A stretch of DNA of 64,000 bases from Gordius albopunctatus (Eukaryota): assembly GCA_964276515.1 (NCBI GenBank), contig OZ193910.1, positions 620,001 to 684,000 of the forward strand. The letters run 5' to 3'. The position numbers and the translations under genes were made by a program. Below, piece by piece: positions 1-10,700 of this stretch. The notes beneath the pieces were generated by a model, which was not told where the DNA came from, did no database searches, and saw nothing but the letters and a program-made list of their open reading frames with translations. Position 1 is the first letter of the stretch. Each line of letters opens with the position of its first letter.

Positions 1-1312
1 CCCAAGGAGCTCTGTAATAAAAGGGAAACATGCCATAAACTTCTTCCAGAGCTTTGTGCAAATAAGTTCCACTCCCTCAAAAAACAAAAATCATTTAATT
101 TTTAATAATAATAATTTATTTTCTTATAAAATAAAGCGATTTAACAAAAATTGCAATGAAAAATATTCAATCAATTTTATTTACCGTTTAAAGCTAATTT
201 TTTCAAATTGTCATCAATGGCGTCTACTGATATTCCTTGGCTCAAGGTCACTATCCATTGCAAAGTGCTACTAAATTGAAGTATGCCAACTTTGGATTTC
301 ACTCCTATCTCGAAAGTGCAATCTATCAACTCTATTGCCTCCTAAAAACACAAGAAAATGTAATTACTTTTAAAGTAGCTAATTAATTATTTTTTATTTT
401 TAAAAATACTTATTTTTTAAAGATGAAGGAACTAAATTTTAAAAAAGTTATTAAATATTTGGGAAAAACTCCGATATTGATTAACAGATAGTAAAGTAAT
501 TTGTTTCCCTATATATTTTTTAATCATTTTTAAGGTTTGGGGACCAAAGGTTGTAAGTGAATTAAATAATTTATATTTTTTAAAATAATTTAAACTTACA
601 CGTAATGCTTTGAGTATGCAAGGGAATTCATTAGTCATACTAGGACTACTATCTACAACAAATACGATGTTCCACATTTTTTGCACTTTGTTGCTATATA
701 ATCTTTCTCCATATGGACGTTTCTTCCCACATTTCCTTATCTTTTAAAATATAATTAAAATTAAAAATTAAATTACTTTTTTAAAATTATTTTCCGTTTC
801 GACACAATCGAATAACATGCGCGCCATTTTTTTAGATCCATTTTTGCTTTTTACGAGCCCCGGGGTTTGTATGATGAGCCTTTTTGTTGAATTAGTTTCC
901 ACTTCAACCTCTTCGATCTCCAAAGGAAAATCGACCCCATTTTTGAAAGTGTGAATTGTTTTATTATCTAAAATCGAAATAAATTATATTATAAAATATA
1001 TCAAAATTATGAACAATTTTATATAAATCGATGTGTACTAGTGGTAGTGTTGGTAAATTCGACCAAAAATAACGCCCCCAGCCATTTTTACAACACTAGT
1101 GTGTACATTATATCAAAAAAAACATCTCATATGTTTAGAATCATTGTTGAATCACTTTAAAAAAGGATAAAATAAATATATTTTTTCCTTAAAGTATTGT
1201 GGGAAAATGTGTATTAGAAATATTTACTTTGTGACGGTACCGATTTAGAATTGGCAAAGCACCATACCATCCACAAATATAAGAATGAGTCAAATGAAAT
1301 TAATTTATACAT
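1..1312 (-). CDS. Probably secreted von Willebrand factor A (vWA) domain protein, 5' part; continues beyond the left edge
   Basis: Hand-spliced phase-consistent exons 1312-1228, 967-777, 740-600, 341-185, 75-<1. Translation has a hydrophobic N-terminus (MYKLISFDSFLYLWMVWCFANS), a MIDAS DxSxS motif (IVFVVDSSPSM), KVGILQFSS and GSGTYLHKAL, all typical of vWA domains. Confidence 0.8.
1039..1098. mobile_element. Small hAT-type MITE, TAGTGTTGTAAAAAC family (related copies near 15808, 21560-21780, 24042-24118, 32589, 33430-33630, 41335-41400, 60528)
   Basis: Termini tagtg...acaacacta with near-identical 8-bp flanks atgtgtac/gtgtgtac. The terminal motif cccccagccgtttttacaacacta recurs across the window. 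Confidence 0.6.
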
Positions 1313-4138
1313 AATTGTAAAAAATAAAATATTTTCAACAGTCTTTATAAGCTTAAAAATGGAACTATTTGATTGTAATAAAGTTTCAGGATATGATTTT
1401 TATTTATAGTAATGAAATTTTTTGATGTAAAACCGAGTTTTATATGGTTGGTTTGTATGAGTAATTTCTACAAAACTTAACAGAACCTCGTTAAATCCTT
1501 TATATTACGACGTCTATACTATATTATTCAAAAGATTATATTTGAACTCCAAAAATTGTCATAAAACTATCAAAGGTACCTATATATAATAAAAATGTTA
1601 TTTTTACAACATTTATTTTTATGTTATCACAGAATTAATTTTTTTTGCAAATATATCCCCCCCCCTCTGTATAAAAGATTTAACTCCGTCGGAATGCTCT
1701 GCCTTTTATTCATATGATATATTTAATTTTAGTATACGAAGACGAACAAAGATACAAATCACCCCAGCAAACTTATTTTGAAACTTCCATTTTCACAATA
1801 TCCTAAAAAGTTTATGTATTTATCGATTGTTTTTTTACCAATCTATTGAAGCTATTTACAAGTTCGCACTATGATATTTCCCTTTTTTGTCATAATAAAG
1901 TTAGATTAATCTTATAAATATCGCGTTTTTTGTGAATACGTTGCCTGGATTGAATAAATGGATTCGGTATTTGTCGTTACTAAATTTAATATAGGTATTT
2001 TTTCAAAAAAAGTTTATATTTATTTGAATCAACATCTTCTCTCTATAAATTAAGGCCCATGAACGTAGCCAAAGGGGGCATAAGAAGGCGGCTGCCCCCC
2101 CCCCACTAAATGCAAAAAGTTGTTAAAATGTATGCCTACAATTTTAATGATGATCTTTTTGGCCCTCCAAAAATCATATACTTTTGAATTTTAAGGGAAA
2201 TTTACAATACATTTTAACCTTATCTCCCTCCCTTGTTATAAATCGTTGACATCTTATGTAAATAAATGAAAAATTTCATTTAGACGCTTGAATAAAGAGA
2301 GAAAGGAGTCCTGTTATAAATCATATTTTATCATGATTCTCATGTGTTCATTCATATAATAAATGTCCGACACTTTTTATTGTCACACAATGATGAATAA
2401 TATTATAAAGAGCACGTATAGAGAGAGGTTCAGAGTCAACTACATAGTATTATAATGCAAATAGAGTTAAGTAGTTCAACAAATCTTCACCAAACTCTAT
2501 TTTTTGCTTCAAAATATTATATGTACGGAATATTGTTTTTAAAGTCAGCAGAGACTAGCCCACACTTAAAATAGCATGTTAGTCTTATTTTCAGCTAGAT
2601 TTTAGTTAAATTAATCTTTTTTTTGACCCTAAAACAAGTTAGAAAAAAATATAATTTATACGTTTTTTAAAAAATCTTAACTTTATTATGGATGTCCATT
2701 TTTTTGTAACAACAAAGTAATAAATAAGGGTGAATAATAAGATAGCGTGGGGGGGGGGGGGTGAGGTTAAGTGCGTATTAACCAAATGTGTTTCTATCTC
2801 TGCCACCACTCACCTGTTTTTATTACACTGCTAGGCTAGGCAAGGCAAGCAGCCCTTTGTAGTGTTTCACCTGTGTGTGTGTGGGCGCCATTTTATTTTA
2901 TCGCAATTAGTGATGAGTTAGTTGTGTTGTCGTAGTATTAAGTTATCATTATTTTCATGGGATCAGCTGATTTTATCTTTATTCCTCTCAAATGCTCCAC
3001 GAGGTAAAATGTGTGTTTTAATTCAATTTAGTCCACAAAACATTTGAAAATAATGATATTTTTTAGTTACCTTTTTCACGTTTTTCCAATATTAGTCACT
3101 ACGAATACTAAATCTAACCCATTTTTGCTTAAAAATATAATAATTTAAAATTGAGAATAACAAAAATCTCCCAAAAATAATTTATTTGTCGCACCCCCTC
3201 AAGATCAAGCTCTGGCCACGCCCATAGGAAATGCCTAGCTTATTACAATGCATTTTTTAAAAATTTCAAAATCGCTAAAAGTCCCTAAATTTGAAGTAAT
3301 TATAAAACCCATTGTCCTGTAGGAAAGGTGAGGGTGGAGAACGCATCTTTAATGTCATTCCTTTGTCAAAGTGTCATTTTACCTGTAGTGGCTACCTAGC
3401 TGGCTCCAAAAGGAAAAAAATACAATAGACGGATCTGTTATCGATTTTAGCCATGTCTATTTACTACATGGACCTAGTCAGGCAGGATTGAAAATAGAGG
3501 GGGCCGGCAATAATGATTATATTTAAGCTATTATCATGAGCGTAGCTTGGAGGGCCGGCCCCCCTCTAAATCCAAAAATTTATTAAAACCTATTAAAATT
3601 TTGGCTAAAATTTCAAAAAATGGTAATTTTGCCCCTGCTTAAATAAAAAGAACTCTTAATTTTATAAGGGGGGCAGGCGCCCCCCACCCGTCTTGCCTCC
3701 TACTTTAATTCTAAAGTCGCTTAGCTCTATTCTTGAATCATGTTTATTTTGTACCTTTTATGCGACACATATATCGTCACAAAGTAATTTTTGGTTTTTT
3801 TTATATTTTATAGTTATTTAAACTAGTCAAAATATTATAAATAGTATCAATCTTGATACTTTGTAGTTTTTAGTATCAAAGGTAAATCACGGTAGACATT
3901 TGCACCTGTCACCTCATAGCTCGTCGGCCCCGCTCTTCTACCCTTTTCACACTAGTGTGTGTTATTTTATAATACGAGACAATGGGTGCTTTTCTTTATA
4001 TATCTGTGTGACAAAGACTTCTTAATTTTAGATATTTACACCCTTATAATGCGGGTTTAATTTTAAAAATATTGATGTTTATGTCCGAAGTAATTTAGTT
4101 GTAGATTTTAAAATACTTTCCATACTGTTATTTAATAT

Positions 4139-4603
4139 GTATACACGATTCTTAATCAAAAAAAGCTGATCAGAAAAAAGCTAATAAACCAATAGAAACA
4201 TTTGGCAATTTCGACGTATAGTGCTGCATACAATCTAATGTAATTTAGGAATATTTGGCAATTTCTGCGTATAGTGCAGAATATCTAATTGAGAATTTAA
4301 ACGTATTCTCCCGCAATTTAGATTAATCCATGGATTTAAGATTCTTTCGCAATGTTTTCCCACCATTTTTGAATATCATATTTTTTATACCATTTTTGAA
4401 TATCTTATTAATGAATCTAATTATTATTAGATCTTATTTTTAAAAAACCTATTTTTGAATATATAACCCATTTTTATATATTCAATATTTAAATTATATT
4501 CTCAAATGTGCTATACGACATACTCCTCCTCATAAGACATCAAGCACATTTTAAGCTCTAGATTTTTCTGATCAACTCTTTTTTTTGGACAGAAACGGTA
4601 TAT
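4139..4603. mobile_element. MITE-like inverted-repeat element (related short copy about 22322-22450)
   Basis: Imperfect inverted ends aaaaaagctgatcagaaaaa / tttttctgatcaactctttt, with internal direct repeats atttggcaatt...cgtatagtgc. Confidence 0.45.
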
Positions 4604-6644
4604 AAATGCGCCTAGCCAGGATTAGATTAAAAAGGGGGCAATAATGATTTAGGGGGAGGGGCAAAATGATCATTTATGAAAATTTAGCCATAATTTCATT
4701 AAAATTTAACCAATTTTTTTATTCAGACTGCTTCCCCCTGGCTAGGCCCCTGGATATATATTATAGTAAAGAAAAAATAATTTATTTATAATGTTGCAGA
4801 CTTTATGGAATTAAATAACTTTTTGTCGTTGTATTTGTAGATAGGGGTAGAGCCCTGCACGGGCCGCCCGAAGCCCGGCCCGATCGGGCTTCGGGTCGGG
4901 CTCGGGCAAAATTTCATAAAATAATCGGGCATCTTTTTCAACTGACCTGAAATGCAAATCTTATTCTATTATTTATTAAATATATTGATAGAAGTTACAA
5001 CTTTAGAAATAGGATAACTAAATATTTCAAAAAGTTTTTTATTCGGAACTGTAAAAAATACATTTCATAAAGTTACATTTTTAGCTTTAAATTATTATTA
5101 CCGGAATATATTTTAACGAGTGAAAAAGGATTTTTTATTTCAAACTTATCCTAGTTGTAAATTACGAGTAATAACAATCTGATGCATTTTATATTTAGAT
5201 GGTGAAAAATTGGTGAAAAAATTTTGAAAAATATAATTTCTCGAAAATTTTATTTGAAAAATCGGGTCTGTTCTTGTTTCTATGAAAGGCGGTGTACTCT
5301 GGTGGTTGGGTAGAGATAAAATGCGAAAGGGTGCGGCGGAAGTAATTAAATACTATACTATGCTTTGTAAAAAACGTAGAATCTAATTAAAGGTCTCTTG
5401 GCGACATGAAATGTCGTTCAAACGGTTTTAACTATTAAAAATAATTAAAGTCTTGATATATACCTCGTATAAATATTTCTACAGTTTTCTATGTAACAAT
5501 GAAATTCAATATAAAAACATCAATGCTCGAACATTTAATAAATTCAATTTGATTACAAAAGATGTGAAGGTGTTTGAGGTTTTGAAAAGTATATGTGGTC
5601 ATCAGGGAGGGGGAACCCCGGTTAAAATAGTAAATAACTTTTTTGCAGCAGCTCTATACATTATTAATAGTGTTGTAAAAAGGAGTGTGTTTTCCTTAGT
5701 AGACCTCTAGACTTGGTCGGAATTGGGAAAATAGAGCAGAGGCGGCTGTGCACGGATCAATCCGATCCGATCCGATCCGAGATCCCTTCCGACGACATCT
5801 TATTCGTCCGAACTCGGGTCGGATCGGATGAAGATTTTAATTTTGGAAGTGGGATCGGATCAGCTGTAGTATAGGTAGGAAGGTGGTCACAACACTAATT
5901 AATTAATTACTACTATTATTAGCAATCTTCAAGTGCCCCTCTTACCCGAATCGGAGAGCGCATCGTGTTCATATAAAATATTGCTGAAACAACCGAAATT
6001 TAATATATAACAATATTAGTAAATTCCACATGGGCGCCCTAGTAGCCTACTAACTTGGGTGGTAAACTTATTCACAGTTGTAAAGTAGATAAATACAATT
6101 GTACAAAATATATTTATCAAAGGCAAATATAGATGCCCCTTATTTATTTTAATTATTTCGTATATAATAATATTCAGTCTTTCGTTATTACTACCTATTA
6201 GTAGCTTTGTTAATTTGTGCTTATATTAGAGGCGTGATCCGATACCGACCCGAGTTACATATTTAAAAATGCTTTCGGGTCGAGTTTGGGTTGGATTTGA
6301 AAAATGTCGGTTCGGGTGGACGCTTATGAATTGTAGAGTGACTTTTAAAGATTTTGTGAATTAACTATTGATTATCTTATAAAATAATACTATCAACTAG
6401 GATATTTTAACATTAATTTAATGTATCGTAATGCATGCTTATTATAGCATTCGTTCATTAGATCAATTTCCTTTTTTCCTTATCTAATGCAATAAAGGGG
6501 TAGTAGGGCTAATCCTCAAACTCTAAGAAGGGTGATAAATATATAGACTTTTGGCCTAAAAGTTAGTCACCAATATAATGGACAAATTTCATATAAAAAA
6601 ATTCCCAAATTAATAAAAAATTAAGTGAGGCCGAGAAAAGGGAA

Positions 6645-8400
6645 ATATAACTCGGGCCTTCGGCCCTCGTGGGAAGGGGGAGGGGAAGGGGGGAAAGGAA
6701 GGGGGAACGAAACTCATCTATACTCCGTATAAACGTAGCATATTTGCTATGCAATTTATGGGCGAGAATGGTGGGAAGGGGCGAGAATGCCTATAGAGGG
6801 GTATTAAATGCAAAATGATTAGTTAATTATTTATACAAATTTTCCATTTAATTAAAAAAAATTTGCCCTCGCCAGGATTCGAACCCACATTAAATAGAGG
6901 CATAAGCCTTTGTAGCACAGGGACCCATAGAGGCATGGGCCCTTGTAGGGGAGGGCATAGGGTAATTATCAATATTAACCTATTCAAAAACGAAAAATTT
7001 GGATATATTTGGCCAATGGTCATTTTTTCAGTATTAAAATTGTAGAATTTTTTATGTTATTTATATAGATAATGAAATAATAAAGTTGTGTTTTATGTTT
7101 ATTATATAATAAAATGAAACAATAATAGAAAATCAATATATTATATTATAGATAATTTAACAAAAATTTAGGGATTCAGTTTGTGCAGCATAATACTTCT
7201 CTAAATCTTTAATGAATTTTGGGTGAACCGCAAATTTTTTGTCTAAAAACATTTTGGTGACCCAAGCAATTGTAGTAGATGCTTCGTAATCTTTCAAATC
7301 CTTAAAATCTTGATGCATCTCTGGGGGGGGAATGTCGACGTTTCAGATCATTACAACGGTCTGTAAATACATACGAGTCAAAAAAAACGAGAATTGGCCA
7401 ATGGTCATTTTTTTCTATTGGTCAGTACCCAGAGATGGTCTATAAATACATACGAGTCAAAAAAAACAAAAAAAAATTTTTTATTCACATTTTGGCCAAT
7501 GGTCATTTTTTTCCATTGGTCAGTACCAACAGATACTCTATAAGTCAATGATAGCCAAAAAAAAACAGAAAAATTTTTGATGCTCACTTTGGCCAATGGT
7601 CATTTTTTTCATTGGTCAGTAGCCTGCGGACGGTCAAAAAGTAATATTATTAATGGCATTAACGAGAACAATATATTAATTTAATTAAAAAAAATAAAAT
7701 ATTTTGTCCTCTCCGGGATTCGAACCCACATTAATAGAGGCATAAGCTTTTGTAGGGGTACAGGGACCCATATCAGTAGAGGCATAGGGTAATTAGCAAT
7801 GTTAACCTAATATACCAATTCAAAAACGAAAAAAAAATTTCTAACAAAATTTGACCAATGGTCATTTTTTCAATGGTCAGTAGCCAGAACACGGTCAAAA
7901 AGTCATATTATCAATGGTATTAACAAGAACAATATATTAATTTAATTTAAAAAAATTTTTTGTCCTCTCCGGGTCTCAAACCATCAATTTAGAACGTTCG
8001 CCGGGATTCAAACCCACATTAAATAGAGGCATAAGCCTTTGGAAGGGAACAGGGAACCATATCAATAGAGGCATAGGCCCTTGTAGGGGAGGGCATAGGG
8101 TAATAATTATCAATGTTAAACTATTCAAAAACGAAAAATTAAAAATTTCGATTTATTTGGCCAGTGGTCATTTTTTCATTGGTCAGTAGCCTGCGGACGG
8201 TCAAAAAGTCATATTATCAATGGTATTAACAAGAACAAAATATTAATTTAATTAAAAAAAATAAAAAAATTTTGTCCTCTCCGGGTCTCGATCCACAACC
8301 TTGCAAGTCGGGAAGCTGGTGTAAATAACTTGGTGGACGACGGACGGACGACGGACGGACAACAAAAAACGAGACCATAAATTGCATAGCAATTAATAGT
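6645..8400 (-). mobile_element. Non-autonomous Helentron/DINE-1-like element with central tandem repeats
   Basis: Perfect 18-bp inverted repeats TTGCTATGCAATTTATGG (6744-6761) and its complement (8375-8392). A (GTCC)n-like microsatellite lies just inside one end (8335-8360), tandem repeats fill about 6840-8300, and a GC hairpin gggcc-ttc-ggccc (6654-6666) lies outside the other repeat. Confidence 0.6.
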
Positions 8401-9041
8401 TTGTCTTTGTCCGGAGAAGAGTCTTCATTTATTTTTAGGCAAAAAAATCTATTTTTTATTGGAAAAAGTGTATATTTAATGATAAGGTACCAAAATGAGC
8501 AACATTCTGCGACCCCAAGAATGAAAATTGATTTTGGCCGGGGTCGGGCAATTTAAAAAGCTGTCATTAGTATTTTTCGGCAAATATTAGAGCAAGATCA
8601 TAGTCTGGCCTCGGCCGTTGTCAGAAAACTTAGAACGAGTATCAAAAAGTAAGATTTGCAAAGTGAGCAGCAAAAATTATTATAAAAAAAGGATTTTGGC
8701 CTCGAACTAAATCACACAAGTTATAAGTGAGCAAAGGGTCATCATTAATTTGTAGGGAACGGCTTAGCCAGTTTCGCAATTGTCGGTTATAAAGCAACGA
8801 GCTAGACAAGTTTCCAAAAGAAATGGATATGTAAACGTGATATGGGTCCAAATACAAAAATGGAGTTTGAGGCCGGGCGAAGTGGAAAAATTAAAGTCAA
8901 ACAGCGGCCATTTGCTTATACGCCAGAGTTAAATAAAAGTCTAGAGAAGCTTAGAAGAAGGGTTACCAATTTGAATAGGACAAAACGAGCAAAAGCCGAC
9001 GGCACATATTATGTGCTAGCTAGTGCATAGCACATTAATAA

Positions 9042-10512
9042 TCTATATATATATAAATCTAAGTCCCGTTTTTTTGTACGCTAATAACTTTTAGAGTTCT
9101 CAACCGATTGCCACCAAATTTGGCCAGATTATTGCCTTAGCATTGTAGATGGTTTGTAAACACTTTGTATCACACTACGACAGCGGGAACCATGTTTTTT
9201 AATTTTTGATTGGCGCCATCTAGCGGATTATTTATACTGCGTTGTTTTTACTTATTTATCGTTATGGTGCTACTTTTTGCCTTAAACTTTTTCCCACGAT
9301 TGCTTTGTCATTTGTGTCTCAATTTTTTACTCAACTGCTCCCGTTTTTTTTACAATATATAAATCTGTAACCAATAAATATTCTAGATACCGTAATACAT
9401 CACCATATACTTAAATAAATATAACGCGCGCTTGTAGAACCATCCCCAAGGTTTCGTGATTTTTTTCCATTTTTACCAAGTTTTTTTATATTACAACTTT
9501 CCCTATTTTCTTAATTTGTAAGGCTTGGAGGCCAAAGGTTGTTAGGGTGGTTGTCGCAATGGAACCAAAAATTATAGTATTGTTAATTTCAGAGTAATTG
9601 AAAATTTCCGAGTGGACAGAGGATATTTGTTGTGATAAGATGGGGCGAATACGTCAGTACATCCATAGTCCCATGCTAAAATGAGTCCTTTTTCCCAAGC
9701 GCCTATAGATTGGCCAACCGGTTGTTTGCTATCTTCACAGAGGCCTGTGAGATAAGTTTGTTAACCGCGGTATGTCAAAGATACCGGGCTTTGTTGCTAT
9801 TACAGTGTAGACCATGATGGCCATTCGATTTTAGGGAATTATTGCAAAGTTAAGAAATCTTTTCAGCAACTATTTTGTACTAATCTTAGGCCTCGGATAT
9901 CGTTGTTCGATAATAGTACACCGAGGTTACGACTTGGGAAAGCTTGGGGTCATTCGTGACCCGAGCGTGGAGCTAAGCTCCTAAGCGCTGGAAGTTCCTC
10001 TGCCGAAGCGCCATTAATAAGAGACTTTAAGAGGCACTCGGACAGGGGGCCATTCCAACACTTTTGAGTGTTTACTCAGGGGTTTGATAGATTGTAAACG
10101 ACTTCATTAAAGCAAATTTTAAGGTGTTTTTCTACTATCTCTCCATTTTATTACTGTAGATTTTAGGCTATGACGATACAAAACTAACTATACACACATT
10201 ACTAAAATTTATCTCTGAATTGTCAAACATTATCATCATTGTCAAACATTATCATTGACTTTTGCATATGTCACTCAACTATGCATGTTATCGCTAAACA
10301 ATTTAAAACTGTTATAAATCTATTTGATTAATAATAAATATGGCTTTTTTATTAAGCTAATATTAATTTGCATAATAAAAAAATATTTTTTTTCACATCA
10401 CAAACTCTCTTTCAGCTGACCCAAATTCTTTCATATATTTTCTATTGATAGGTACCAATTATTTAGCCAAATAAGGACTAAGCCAAAGCAACGCTTGGCC
10501 GGGCACAGCTAG
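9042..10512 (+). mobile_element. Non-autonomous Helitron carrying a CRE-like retrotransposon fragment
   Basis: A|TC 5' end at 9042, subterminal hairpin ccaaagcaacgcttgg and CTAG|T 3' end at 10512, no TSD. The first ~200 nt and the 3' end match the copy at 54863-55783. Confidence 0.8.
9425..10110 (-). pseudogene. Degenerate 3' fragment of a CRE-like non-LTR retrotransposon (zinc knuckle and restriction-like endonuclease region)
   Basis: Minus-strand translations FPSRNLGVLLSNNDIR, NGHHGLHCNSNKARYL*HTAVN and AWEKGLILAWDYGCTDVFAPS resemble the pieces at 38.1-38.6 kb and 62.6-62.9 kb. Stops and frameshifts present. Confidence 0.65.
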
Positions 10513-10700
10513 TATATAATATAATTAATTGCTATGCAATTTAGGGACTCCTCTTTAAAAGAAGTTTTATTGATTTTCAACGGTGTCGTCATTTGAGGAC
10601 ATATGCCAATTAAGACCAATGTACTTATTGCTTATAATATTTCATAATTTATATAAATAGGTAGTTCGTTAGAGGTCTCAAAATAGTGCACATTTTTAAA

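Noticed and set aside
6840..8300. Repeat array as a CRISPR array or true tRNA gene cluster
   Set aside because: Eukaryotic context, long degenerate units without unique spacers, no cas genes; only tRNA 3'-half-like sequence with no full cloverleaf.
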